DNA from: Candidatus Multivorans sp.
Lineage (GTDB): Bacteria; Acidobacteriota; Thermoanaerobaculia; Multivoradales; Multivoraceae
Assembly (NCBI GenBank): GCA_965247095.1
Contig: OZ251997.1
Location: forward strand, 3,392,001 to 3,456,000
Direction of reading: 5' to 3'
Length of the DNA stretch: 64,000 bases
The translations under genes were made by a program, and so were the position numbers. This document shows positions 49,472 through 59,487 of this stretch, piece after piece. Positions within the stretch are counted from its first letter, which is position 1. Each line of letters begins with the position of its first letter. The notes beneath the pieces are model-generated. The model saw only the letters and a program-made list of their open reading frames with translations. It was not told the origin of the DNA and did no database searches.

Positions 49472-51198
49472 TGGTTGGGATTCTGCGATGGGTTGACCCC
49501 CAGGCGGTCGAGAAGGGCCTCGAAGCGGTGCTCGCCGTGCAGGTTGTCTAGCCAGGGATGGACCTTCGTCCACAAAGTGAGGCTGCCCTTTCGGGCGAAG
49601 GCCTCCTCCAGCCATTCAAGGGCTGGCTCCCGCTCGTCGAGCCAAGCATAGAGTAGTGCCAGGCCGTAGGGATGGGCTTTGCCGGCCTTCAACCGCAGCA
49701 ACTGCTTCTTAGCCAGCCAGCGGAAGACGCCTTCCTCTCCTTCCGAGGTGTAGATCCGACCCATTTCTTCCGCCTGCTCTGGTTGCCCCCGCCTCTGCAG
49801 GTGGATCTGCCGCTCGTGGATCGCGTCATCGGGTCGCCCCATGGCGGTGTAGACGGTGGCGAGCAGGTTGCGGGTCGCGGGGAAGTCGGTCTCGAACTCG
49901 AGGGTGTGGCGGAGTTGCCCGATGGCCGCATCGTACTGCCGCGAAAAAAAGAGAACCTGAGCGAAAGCCCGACTGCACCGCGGGGCCAGGGGGTCGAGAT
50001 CGACAGCTATCCTCATCTCTCGCTCGGCTTCCTCGAGACGGCCGACCGGGGCCAGACAGAAAATGGCGTAGGCGAGATGCACTCTGGCTGCTCCTGGGTC
50101 GAGCTGCCGCGCGCGTTCGATCGCTAGGTGCGCACCCGGCCAATCCCAGTAGAAGGTGGAACGGATGATCCCGAGGGCTCGATGAGCCCCGGGGAGGGAG
50201 TCGTCGAGCTCGAGTGCCCGGCTCACCGCATCCTCCGCCCTGGGGAGGGTGTCCTCGAACGGCGCCAGCCCGTAATGACACAGATCGGTGAGGGCGAGGC
50301 CGAGCAAGGCAAGACCGTGGGCAAAGTCCGGTTCCAGCTCGAGCGCTCTCTCCAGCAGCTCGACCGCTCGTTCCAGGTGGCGGAACTCACGTGCGAACTG
50401 GTACCGAGCTTCCAGGTAGAGCTGGTAGACCTCCCGATTCTCGGTCGGCCTCTTCAACCGGGAAGGAGTTCGGGGACCCAGAATCGTCTTCCTAACGTGC
50501 GCGACGATCGCTGTGACAATGTCGTCATGGATGGCGAAGGCGTCGCCCAGCTCTCGATCGTAGTGCTCCGACCAAAGCTGGAAGCCGGTCGACGCCCGTG
50601 TCAACCGGACGGCGATTCGTAAACGGCCCTCGGACTTGCGCACGCTGCCCTCGACGAGCGTCGCTACTCCGAGCTTGTTCCCGATCTCCGAGTCGTCCAG
50701 CCCCTTGAGCCCGACGTTGGCGGACGAGGCTCGGCCAATGACCCGCAGCCCCTTCACCTGCGCCAGGGCGTCGATGATCTCTTCAGCCAGCCCGTCACAG
50801 AAGAAGTCGAGCTCCGGGTCGGAGCTCAGATTGGCGATGGGAAGCACGGCGATCGAGCCCTCCAGCGCTGCCTCGACCCGCGCTACGAATCGATATCCCT
50901 TGCCGGGAACCGTCACGATGTAGGGCGTGCCCTCGGTCTCCGTCCCCAGGATCTTGCGCAGAACCGATATGTTCTGGGTGAGGTTGCTGTCGTCGACCGT
51001 CGAGTCCGGCCAGATGAGCCTCATGAGCTCGTCTCTCTCCAATAGACGCCCGCTGTTCTCGACGAGGGCCAGCAGAGTGTCGAAGCTCCTCGATCGAAGT
51101 GGAACGGTGTGACCGCCGCGCAGGAGTCGCCTCTCGCCGACTTCGAGACGGAAGGCACCGAACGAGTACGATCTGCGATCTGGCTCAGAGACTCTCAC
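49468..51198 (-). CDS. Winged-helix / TolB-like / TPR transcriptional regulator
   Basis: YSFGAFRL, NLTQNISVLRKILG, TVPGKGYRF, SIAVLPIANLS, EGSVR, TPR repeats. Confidence 0.88.
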   Translation of the reverse strand: MRVSEPDRRSYSFGAFRLEVGERRLLRGGHTVPLRSRSFDTLLALVENSGRLLERDELMRLIWPDSTVDDSNLTQNISVLRKILGTETEGTPYIVTVPGKGYRFVARVEAALEGSIAVLPIANLSSDPELDFFCDGLAEEIIDALAQVKGLRVIGRASSANVGLKGLDDSEIGNKLGVATLVEGSVRKSEGRLRIAVRLTRASTGFQLWSEHYDRELGDAFAIHDDIVTAIVAHVRKTILGPRTPSRLKRPTENREVYQLYLEARYQFAREFRHLERAVELLERALELEPDFAHGLALLGLALTDLCHYGLAPFEDTLPRAEDAVSRALELDDSLPGAHRALGIIRSTFYWDWPGAHLAIERARQLDPGAARVHLAYAIFCLAPVGRLEEAEREMRIAVDLDPLAPRCSRAFAQVLFFSRQYDAAIGQLRHTLEFETDFPATRNLLATVYTAMGRPDDAIHERQIHLQRRGQPEQAEEMGRIYTSEGEEGVFRWLAKKQLLRLKAGKAHPYGLALLYAWLDEREPALEWLEEAFARKGSLTLWTKVHPWLDNLHGEHRFEALLDRLGVNPSQNPNQ

Positions 51199-51255
51199 TG
51201 GACTGTTCGGGCGCAGCGCCGATCCTCCGCGAGTATATCGAGCGAGATTTTACAG

Positions 51256-51289
51256 GTTCTCCGAAGAAATCTGCCCCGTCTCCTGGACA
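51256..51289 (+). promoter_or_regulatory. Conserved 34-bp upstream motif, copy 1
   Basis: GTTCTCCGAAGAAATCTGCCCCGTCTCCTGGACA; 31/34 identical to the reverse complement of 63962..63995. Confidence 0.7.
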
Positions 51290-51385
51290 AGAGGGGAGTG
51301 CGTGCTGAAGATGTAGACGTAGAGAATTTCGAGAGAGCCCGAGATCCCGATTCAACCGAGTCGCAAGACTCTGGAAGGAGAGATC

Positions 51386-54103
51386 ATGGACGCCACCGCC
51401 CTTAGGTCTTCTATCTGGAGCATCGTCATCGCCCTCTGCGCCTTGCCACTTCTGGCCGACGGTCCGCAGACCGGGACCCTCGACGGCCTGGTGCTCGACG
51501 CTCAGAGCCAACCGCTGCCAGGGGTGACCGTGACCCTCTCCGGTCCCCGCGGCGAGAAGACCGTGATTACAGGCGACGACGGCGTCTTCCGTTTCGCCCT
51601 GCTCGAGGCGGGAGAGTACACGGTGAAGGCCGCCCTCGAGGGGCTCGGGGAGAGCGAGGCAACATCTGCCCGTCTCGAGACCGGCGCCCGTCGTACCCTG
51701 GAGTTGACTCTGGGCGCCGCCACCGAGGAGACGCTCACCGTCACCGCCGCGGCGGCTCTCGTCGACCGGTACGTCGTCGGCAGCTCCGCCAGCCTCGAGA
51801 CGGCGGTGGCGGAGAACTTGAGCTTCGGTGGGCGCCAATATCAATCTTCCTTCAACACACTGCCTGGCGTCACGCACTCCGCCAGGTCGCGGAGGCAGAG
51901 CGACCAGAAGATGGCGGTCAACGGCGGCCAGGACACCGAAGTGGCAGGCATGATCGACGGCGTCGACTCGAGCTTCTCCCGCATGAACGGCAGCGCGCGC
52001 ACGTTCCTGCCCACCAGCGCCCTTCAGGAGGTGCAGTTGGAAAGCGCCGGTTTCTCGACCGAGTACGGGCGGGTGGTCGGTGGGGTCACCAACGCGGTGG
52101 TCAAGAGCGGCACCAACACTTTCCACGGCCAGTTCCTCTACATCCCCCAGAGCCAGAAGTGGCGGGCCGCCGACAAGAATATCGACATCCCCCGCTCGGA
52201 CTCGATCATCTCGAGCTTCGAGGCCAACGTCGGCGGACCCATCGTCAGCGACAAGGCATGGTTCTTCGCCGCTTACGCCGAGCTGGACCAGAATCGCGTC
52301 GACAAGATCACCGCGACCGGCACCCCCTTGGCCGCCGGCCGCACCAACGAGCCGGCGCTCGTCAAGCTCACCTTCCAGCCCAACGACCGCAGCCACCTGA
52401 GGCTGCTGGCAATCGATAGCCCGACCAGGGTGCTCGCGATCCCCCCCACCTCCGGCGACAACTATGGCCCCTTCCCCATCCAGCTCCCCGCCGACATGGT
52501 GACGGCGAGCTGGGGCTATGTCGTCAGCCCGTCGGCGTACTTCGAGCTGCGCGTCGCCGACCAGAATAACAATTCGTACACACAGCCGGGCACGAGCCAC
52601 CCGATCGACCCCAACGCCAGCCCGGACGATCCCCTCGGAAACAACTTCCAATATTTTGACCTTGGCGCGCGCAAATTCTACAACTCCTTCTCATCGTTTG
52701 GAGGATCGGGATTCCTGGAGCTTCCGCGGAAACAAGGTAACGCCTCGATGAGCCTGTTCCGTGGCAGTAACGAGATCAAGTTCGGCATCGACTACCAGGA
52801 CATCGAGTTGACGAGCTTCAATAGCATCGGCGAGAAATTCACTGGAAGAGGCTTCAACAACGCTCTACCCGGCGGCTTCGCGACGCCGCTCTTCAAGGAC
52901 GTCTTCGACCCGGCGGACCCGCGCACGACCACCACGCAGGTAGTCTCCGCTTACGCCCAGGACCGCCTCGATGTCGCCGACCGTTGGAGCCTGCATTTCG
53001 GCCTGCGTCTCGACAGCCAGACGGCCGACAACGACGGCGGTGAGGAAGCCGTCTCTTGGACCAAAGTCGCGCCCCGCTTCGGTGCGGTCTACGACGTCAA
53101 GGGCGACGGCCAGCTGCTGCTCAAGGCCTCTGCTGGGCGCTACTACCAGATCTTCCCCCAGGTCCTGGTCGAGGTTGAGTTCGCCCGCGCGCCCACCGGC
53201 ACCAATATCTTCGACCGATTCGGGTGGAATCCCGCGACCCAGCGCTACAACATCTTCCAGCGTCGTTCGAATACCGTTGGGGACAATGCGATCCAGGAGC
53301 TCGATCCCTACTTCAAGGACGAGGTCACGTTCGGTACGCAGTGGCAGTTCTCGGACGCCTGGGTGTTCGAGGCGCAGGCGATCTGGTGGGAGCTCTCCGA
53401 TCTCCTCTGGGCCTCCGACCAGTTCGACGCGGCCGGCGCGATCTATCGCGACGTGCGCAACTGGGACGGGGGCTTCCGTGACTACGTCGGGCTGCGTCTC
53501 GAGATCAACCGCGCCTTTCGCGACGGCTGGACCCTGCGTACCAACTACACCCTGAGCAAGAACGAGGGCAACAACTTCGGCCGCAATGACAACAGCTTCC
53601 ACTTCGACGACGACCTCTTCGAGGGTCTGGGGGGGATCGAGGTCGGCACCGGCGCTAGCAACGCCACCTCGGTCAACCGCGATGGGCGCGGCTTTCTCGA
53701 TCGCACCCACAACCTGAACGTCGTCGCGCTCAAGCAGTTCACAGTTGGGGAGCAGACCTTCTCAATCGGGGGGTACCTGGCCTTCCGCAGCGGCGAGCCT
53801 TGGGGCCTGCGTCAATCGACCTTCGTTGCGCACCCGCAGTCGGGACAGAGGATCCGCACCACCTCCTACCGTGAGCCACGCGACGCCAACGAGCTAGAGG
53901 ACACCATCGAGCTGAGCTTGACCGGCTCCTGGAACTTCCCGATCACAGGGCGCGTCCAGGGCCGCGTGGCGATCGAGGCTGTGAACCTCAACAACGATCA
54001 GGAGCTGGTCGGCATCAACCGGGCGAACGGCCGGCCGATACCGGGCGTCACGGCCTACCAGATGCCGAGGGAGATCAGGGGGCAGATCGGCATCCAGTTC
54101 TAG
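51386..54103 (+). CDS. TonB-dependent receptor with carboxypeptidase-regulatory-like N-domain
   Basis: LPGVTVTL, FSTEYGRVVGGVTNAVVKSGTNTFHG, APRFGAVYDVKGDG, terminal Phe. Confidence 0.9.
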   Translation: MDATALRSSIWSIVIALCALPLLADGPQTGTLDGLVLDAQSQPLPGVTVTLSGPRGEKTVITGDDGVFRFALLEAGEYTVKAALEGLGESEATSARLETGARRTLELTLGAATEETLTVTAAAALVDRYVVGSSASLETAVAENLSFGGRQYQSSFNTLPGVTHSARSRRQSDQKMAVNGGQDTEVAGMIDGVDSSFSRMNGSARTFLPTSALQEVQLESAGFSTEYGRVVGGVTNAVVKSGTNTFHGQFLYIPQSQKWRAADKNIDIPRSDSIISSFEANVGGPIVSDKAWFFAAYAELDQNRVDKITATGTPLAAGRTNEPALVKLTFQPNDRSHLRLLAIDSPTRVLAIPPTSGDNYGPFPIQLPADMVTASWGYVVSPSAYFELRVADQNNNSYTQPGTSHPIDPNASPDDPLGNNFQYFDLGARKFYNSFSSFGGSGFLELPRKQGNASMSLFRGSNEIKFGIDYQDIELTSFNSIGEKFTGRGFNNALPGGFATPLFKDVFDPADPRTTTTQVVSAYAQDRLDVADRWSLHFGLRLDSQTADNDGGEEAVSWTKVAPRFGAVYDVKGDGQLLLKASAGRYYQIFPQVLVEVEFARAPTGTNIFDRFGWNPATQRYNIFQRRSNTVGDNAIQELDPYFKDEVTFGTQWQFSDAWVFEAQAIWWELSDLLWASDQFDAAGAIYRDVRNWDGGFRDYVGLRLEINRAFRDGWTLRTNYTLSKNEGNNFGRNDNSFHFDDDLFEGLGGIEVGTGASNATSVNRDGRGFLDRTHNLNVVALKQFTVGEQTFSIGGYLAFRSGEPWGLRQSTFVAHPQSGQRIRTTSYREPRDANELEDTIELSLTGSWNFPITGRVQGRVAIEAVNLNNDQELVGINRANGRPIPGVTAYQMPREIRGQIGIQF

Positions 54104-54140
54104 AAGGGCTCTGCTTACAGCGCCCCATAAACTCCACTCG

Positions 54141-55760
54141 ATGAAGCAAATGTCCGGCGTCGTAACTCGACGCGATCTGCTCCGCAATCTCGGCCTGGCA
54201 GCCGGGACCGGCTTGTTGACCGCTCGTTGTGGCCGTCGTGATGCCGGTTCGCCCGGCGAGCGGCCCAACATCGTCATGATCATGTCCGACGACATGGGTT
54301 ACTCCGACCTGGGCTGTTACGGAGGCGAAATCCGCACCCCGCACCTGGACCGGTTGGGTTTCGGTGGGATGCGCTTCACACGCTTCTACACAAACAACGT
54401 GTGCTCGCCGTCGCGAGCGTCCCTGATGACGGGGATTCAAAGCGACCTCTCGCTCGAATTGGGAGAAGGGCCGGGGCTGCAACAGGCGCACATCACCCAC
54501 CGTGCACCGACCCTTGCCGAGGCGCTCCGAGGCGCCGGTTACGGAACGTACATGAGCGGCAAATGGCATTTGGCCTCGGCCACGGACGATTTCGCGAACC
54601 TTCCTTGTCAACGAGGCTTCGATCGATTCTATGGTGGCATTATCGGGGCCTACAGCTACTTTGCGCCGTACTCGTTGATGCGAGACAACCAAACTTGTCC
54701 CGAGGAGTACGAAGACCCCGCCTACTATTTCACTGACGCGATATCCGACAATGCCGTCGATTTCCTGGAAGAGGCGGATGACAAGGACGAACCCTTCTTT
54801 CTCTACGTGGCTTATAACGCCCCCCACTGGCCGCTTCATGCCCGCGAGAGCGACGTCGCGAAATACAGGGGGAACTACGCGCTCGGCTGGGACGAGCTTC
54901 GCGATCAGCGACACGCCCGAATGAAGAAGTTGGGAGTCATCGATCCGGATTGGCAGCTCTCCCCAAGGAACCCTGACGTGCCGGCGTGGGAAGACGAGCC
55001 GCACAAAGATTGGCAGCAACGGCGCATGGAAGTCTATGCCGCCCAAGTCGAGGTCATGGACGAAGGGATCGGACGCATCCTCGCGGAGCTCGAGCGTCAG
55101 GGCAAGCTCGACAATACCCTCGTCTGCTTCCAGCACGACAATGGCGGCTGCCGCGTCGAATACACGACCGATCACCCACATGAGAAATTCCAGTTCGAGG
55201 GGACACGTGACGGCCGTCCGCTCCGCGCCGGAAATGATCCGGGGATTCTGCCCGGGCCCGAAGACACGTTTCAGAGCTACGGCTACGGCTGGGCGAACGC
55301 GTCCAACACGCCGTTTCGACTCTACAAATCGCACGACCACGAGGGCGGGATCTGTGTTCCGTTGATTGCTCACTGGCCAGGGGTCATCAAGCCCGGCGCG
55401 ATCAACGAGCAAACAGCCCACGTCACGGACCTGCTGCCGACGTTTCTTGAAGTTGCCCGCGCTGAGCGTCCGCCTGCTCCAGGGGACGAGCCGCCCATGC
55501 CCATGGATGGCCGTACCCTGGCCTCTGTGTTGCGGGGGCACAGACGGGAGCCGCCCGCGGCACTTTTCTGGCAAGGGCTCGCGAGCGGCAGCCGCGCCGT
55601 GCGCCAGGGCAAGTGGAAGCTCGTGGCGGCCGGTGATCAACCGTGGGAACTCTACGATGTCGAGGCCGATGGGACGGAGCTGAGCGACCTCGCGCCCCAG
55701 ATGAGCGGAAAAGCCGCGGAACTGGCAGCCCTGTGGGACGAGTGGGCTTCGCGTAGATGA
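54141..55760 (+). CDS. Arylsulfatase (Tat signal)
   Basis: TRRDLL; DDMGYSDLG, CSPSR, GKWHL, APHWPLHA, HEGGI. Confidence 0.92.
   Translation: MKQMSGVVTRRDLLRNLGLAAGTGLLTARCGRRDAGSPGERPNIVMIMSDDMGYSDLGCYGGEIRTPHLDRLGFGGMRFTRFYTNNVCSPSRASLMTGIQSDLSLELGEGPGLQQAHITHRAPTLAEALRGAGYGTYMSGKWHLASATDDFANLPCQRGFDRFYGGIIGAYSYFAPYSLMRDNQTCPEEYEDPAYYFTDAISDNAVDFLEEADDKDEPFFLYVAYNAPHWPLHARESDVAKYRGNYALGWDELRDQRHARMKKLGVIDPDWQLSPRNPDVPAWEDEPHKDWQQRRMEVYAAQVEVMDEGIGRILAELERQGKLDNTLVCFQHDNGGCRVEYTTDHPHEKFQFEGTRDGRPLRAGNDPGILPGPEDTFQSYGYGWANASNTPFRLYKSHDHEGGICVPLIAHWPGVIKPGAINEQTAHVTDLLPTFLEVARAERPPAPGDEPPMPMDGRTLASVLRGHRREPPAALFWQGLASGSRAVRQGKWKLVAAGDQPWELYDVEADGTELSDLAPQMSGKAAELAALWDEWASRR
55732..55757 (+). 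repeat. 26-bp exact direct repeat (second copy 56730..56755)
   Basis: TGTGGGACGAGTGGGCTTCGCGTAGA at both positions. Confidence 0.95.
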
Positions 55761-56704
55761 TCGCCCCCCACCCCTTCGACGTACCGATCCATCTCTGCGG
55801 GGCTCTGCGATCACCGAAGCAGATGCTCGCCGACCAGGAGGAGGACGGCCATGCCTCGGTGCACGACGACCAAACGGCGAAGCAACTAGGCTTTCGTGCC
55901 GGCCCGATCGAAGGGCCGACCCACTTCAGCCAGTTCGAGCCGTTGCTTGCCGAGATCTGGGGCAAAGAGTGGTTCGAGAGCGGCTGCCTGAGCGCCCACT
56001 ACCGCAATATGGTGATTGAAGGGGAGGAGGTGCGGACATTCGTGGAGCGGCCGACCGAAGGTGAGATCCAGGTCCGGATCCGAGCGGAGAAGGCCGATGG
56101 CACGGAGGTTCTGGTCGGTACCGCCTCGATCGGCAGCGATCCGCCACAGTCCGAGCTGGAGACCCGCCTCGCCAATCTTCGCCCACCTGGGCAGCTGGTG
56201 ATCCTGCGTGATCTCGAGGTCGGCATGCGGGGGGCCGTGGTCGAAGAGGTGCGGATGGACTTCGACCAAAATATGGGTAAGTTGTACCCCTTCTCGCTCA
56301 ACCAGAAGCTGGAGAAGATGACCGAGCGATCGCCCTGGTTCACCGAGGAGGGTGGCGGCGGCTCGCCCTGGGGTCGAGCGATCATTCCGCTCGAGATGGT
56401 CAGTGTGCTGCTCTGCTATAGCGGCGATCTTGCCTGCTTCCCCAGGCGCGGTCCGGCCGTCGGTCTCATTGCAGGCCAGCAGATCCGGATGATCAAAGGT
56501 CCGCTCTTCGTCAGCGAGGACTACTTCGTCGATCGCGAGATCATCGCGCTGAGCGAGAGTCGGCGAACCGAGTCGACCTGGACCCGGGTGTCTGTCCGTG
56601 AGCCGGGGTCGAAGGATCTGGTGGCCGAGATGATCGTCGGCGGAGCCACTCTCAAGGACTCGTACGCCAACTACCAGCAGGAGTTGGCGGCGTTGACTCG
56701 ATAG
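55757..56704 (+). CDS. Hypothetical protein, possible double hotdog fold
   Basis: ASVHDD...GPIEGPTHFSQF, SPWGRAIIP; ATGA-coupled to the sulfatase. Confidence 0.7.
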   Translation: MIAPHPFDVPIHLCGALRSPKQMLADQEEDGHASVHDDQTAKQLGFRAGPIEGPTHFSQFEPLLAEIWGKEWFESGCLSAHYRNMVIEGEEVRTFVERPTEGEIQVRIRAEKADGTEVLVGTASIGSDPPQSELETRLANLRPPGQLVILRDLEVGMRGAVVEEVRMDFDQNMGKLYPFSLNQKLEKMTERSPWFTEEGGGGSPWGRAIIPLEMVSVLLCYSGDLACFPRRGPAVGLIAGQQIRMIKGPLFVSEDYFVDREIIALSESRRTESTWTRVSVREPGSKDLVAEMIVGGATLKDSYANYQQELAALTR

Positions 56705-56757
56705 TGGAGCCTGGGGCTGTCGCGCCCTTTGTGGGACGAGTGGGCTTCGCGTAGAAA

Positions 56758-57966
56758 CTAGTAGTGCACGCCCTTGACGGGCCGCGGCACCGGGGTCGTG
56801 CGTGGGGCCTCGATACGACGGTGCATCTCTTCGTAGGACGCGCCGCCCTCTACCTTGGCGGCCATCTCGTCAGGGTCGAAGTCGATGCCGGTGGGGTTGC
56901 GGGCGAAGTCGGGGCCCCGGATGTAGGCCAGCCCCTCCGCCTTGGTGGGGTAGTTGTCGACCTGTGTCTCGAGCCTGTTGCCGTCGGGATCGGCGTAGTA
57001 GAGCGACGTGGTCATGCCGTGGTTGGTGCACCAGTAAGGTGGTTTGACGCCGCTCTCTTTCAGTCTGGCATAGGTATCGACGGCGAGTTCGCCCATGGTC
57101 TTGTACTCGAAGGCGAAGTGGTCGTAGCCCTGGTCTCCGGCGCCGCGCTCCAGCTTCCTGTCCTCGACGAGCAGGATGCGCAGAAGTCGGTGGTCGAAGC
57201 GCAGCAGGGCCAGACTCTCACTGCGCTCGGCAGCGTCACAGCCCAGCACCTGCACGTACCAGTCGACCATCGGCTCCAACTGCCTGGTGCGGATGACGGT
57301 GTGGACGAGTTCGGAGGGCGCGACGGTTTCCTTCTCCGCGGACGCCGCATCGCCTGGGGCAGGCAGACTGTGCAGATCGAAGTCGACTCCGGCGGCGGAT
57401 TCCTCCGAGCCTGCGGCCTCCCCCAGATAGGGCTCGAGATCTTCGATTCGATCGAAGCGGTCGAGGAGCATCTCGATCCGATTGCCGCTGGGGTCGGCAT
57501 AGAGGAGTGAAACGCTGTCGCCGTAGCGTCTGGCTGCGCGCGGCTCGATTCCCCCGAGTTTCAGAGCGTGATAGTTGGCGCCGAGCTCGGTGAGCGAGTC
57601 GTAGCTGAAGGTGAAGCGATCCCAACCGAGAAGGCCGGCTTCAGGCACAGGTCGACCGCCTCGCGCGAAGATCGAGATGCGGTGATGCTCGGTGTCGTAG
57701 GAGCACCAGGCGCCTCCACGAGCGCCTTGACGAGCGACGTGGTGGGGACGGCAACGAAGGAGGGTCTCGTAGAAGGTCAGTGCCTCGTTCAGGTCGGTGG
57801 TATTCACCGCCATGTGGGCGAAGGCGGAGGGCGACACGATGTCAGCGCTTCTCGCCCCCCGCGCCGAGCCCACTCCCAGGCAAGCCCCGGCCGCCACCAT
57901 GGCTCCCTCCAGGAAGCGGCGCCGATCCATCGAGGGACCGGAGTGATCCGTTTGGGTGGCTCGCAT
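56758..57966 (-). CDS. Tandem VOC/glyoxalase (extradiol-dioxygenase-like) protein with Tat signal
   Basis: MDRRRFL; YDTEHHRI, DHFAF, NHGMTTSLYYADPDGNRLE; RBS AGGAGG. Confidence 0.8.
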   Translation of the reverse strand: MRATQTDHSGPSMDRRRFLEGAMVAAGACLGVGSARGARSADIVSPSAFAHMAVNTTDLNEALTFYETLLRCRPHHVARQGARGGAWCSYDTEHHRISIFARGGRPVPEAGLLGWDRFTFSYDSLTELGANYHALKLGGIEPRAARRYGDSVSLLYADPSGNRIEMLLDRFDRIEDLEPYLGEAAGSEESAAGVDFDLHSLPAPGDAASAEKETVAPSELVHTVIRTRQLEPMVDWYVQVLGCDAAERSESLALLRFDHRLLRILLVEDRKLERGAGDQGYDHFAFEYKTMGELAVDTYARLKESGVKPPYWCTNHGMTTSLYYADPDGNRLETQVDNYPTKAEGLAYIRGPDFARNPTGIDFDPDEMAAKVEGGASYEEMHRRIEAPRTTPVPRPVKGVHY

Positions 57967-58041
57967 TGTGGGCACCTCCTGCCGAGTTTTCACGAAATCA
58001 TTTTCTAGTTTGCCACATCGCTGCCCCAGACTCCAGTCGGC

Positions 58042-59487
58042 CTAGGGAGTGCTGGTCCACTCTGCTTCGGCGTACGGCGTCTTGGTTGGCGGTGTCTCGT
58101 CAGGCAGAGGATGCGTGGGGCTGCCCGGAGCGCCTCTCACCGGCCCAGGGGCTGCGTGTCTGCCGTGCGTTTCCGCTTTCGGAAGCGCCTCGAATGCACT
58201 GGCGAGCCGTTCCAGGATCTCCGGGTGGTCCGCCGCCAGATCGGTCGACTCGGTCGGGTCCTGGACGATGTTGAAGAGCTGCCGCTCGAATTCCTGAGTT
58301 TCCGGGTTCGGCATTTGGACCAGTTTCCACTCGCCATCCAGGTAGCCGAAGTAGTAGTCCTGTTCCGGAGGCCCGCGCCAGATCTGGATGAACGGCTTAT
58401 CGCTGAACTCGGCTTCGCCGCGGAGCGCGGGCCAGAGATTTCGACCATCCAGCGGCTTTGGCGACTCCGCCGTAGTTCCTGTGGCGGCCAGCAGCGTCGG
58501 CAACACGTCTTCCACCGACGTGGCCCCGGCAATAGATGATCCGCCCGGCACTTCGGCCGGCCAGTGTATGAGGGCCGGAACGCGGATACCTCCCTCCCAC
58601 CCGGTGAATTTCTCACCCCGCAGCGGGCCGTTGTCCGCCCCGACACTCTCCAAACCTCCGTTGTCGCTCATGAAGAAGATGAGTGTGTTCTCAGAACGCC
58701 CGGCTTCGTCGAGTGCCGCCCGGAGCTCGCCGATCCCGGAGTCGACTTCCGTCACCATCGCCGCAAAGATCCTGCGATGCTCATCCTCGATCGCGGAGTA
58801 CGCATCGATCGCTTCTTGCGGCGCCTGCAGAGGCGAATGAGGCGCGTTGTAAGACAGGTAGAGGAACACCGGTCTCTCTGGATCGCTCTCGCCGATCAGG
58901 CGGACGGCCTCCCGGGTCTGTAGGTGCGTGGCGTAGCCCTCTTCCATCACGGTCGACCCGTTGCGCTGCCAATCGATCGCGCCCCAGACCGTGTGCTGGT
59001 AGTAGTTCATGAAGCCAACCAATCCGCCGTAGAAATGATCGAAGCCGCGGTTCTGCGGATAGTACGGCTTCTTGTTCGGTCCGAGGTGCCACTTGCCGAC
59101 CGCGAAGGTCTGGTAGCCGGCGTCCTGGAGATACTCCGCCAGGAGCTTCTCGTCGAGCGGCAGTCCGGTATCGAACCAGGGCTCGAGCGCCCTCAGGACT
59201 CCCGTGTTCAGTGGCGAGCGACCCGTCATCAGCGCGGCGCGCGTCGGAGAACAGATCGGGTGGACGTAGAAGCGATCGAACGTCACTCCCTCCCTTGCGA
59301 GCGCGTCAATCTGCGGCGTTCGGATCTCGCTTCCGTTGTAACCCACGTCCCCGAAACCAAGGTCATCCGTCACGATCACGACAACGTTGGGGGGTGCTAA
59401 CGCTTCTTCCTCGTCGGCAGCGCAGCCCCCCATTCCCACAACGGCTAGTGCGATCGCGAGGCTCAGATACCGTTCTGTTCGATTCAT
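58042..59487 (-). CDS. Arylsulfatase (B-like), probable lipoprotein
   Basis: DDLGFGDVG, CSPTR, GKWHLG, APHSPLQ, SDNGG, EGGIRVP. Confidence 0.92.
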   Translation of the reverse strand: MNRTERYLSLAIALAVVGMGGCAADEEEALAPPNVVVIVTDDLGFGDVGYNGSEIRTPQIDALAREGVTFDRFYVHPICSPTRAALMTGRSPLNTGVLRALEPWFDTGLPLDEKLLAEYLQDAGYQTFAVGKWHLGPNKKPYYPQNRGFDHFYGGLVGFMNYYQHTVWGAIDWQRNGSTVMEEGYATHLQTREAVRLIGESDPERPVFLYLSYNAPHSPLQAPQEAIDAYSAIEDEHRRIFAAMVTEVDSGIGELRAALDEAGRSENTLIFFMSDNGGLESVGADNGPLRGEKFTGWEGGIRVPALIHWPAEVPGGSSIAGATSVEDVLPTLLAATGTTAESPKPLDGRNLWPALRGEAEFSDKPFIQIWRGPPEQDYYFGYLDGEWKLVQMPNPETQEFERQLFNIVQDPTESTDLAADHPEILERLASAFEALPKAETHGRHAAPGPVRGAPGSPTHPLPDETPPTKTPYAEAEWTSTP

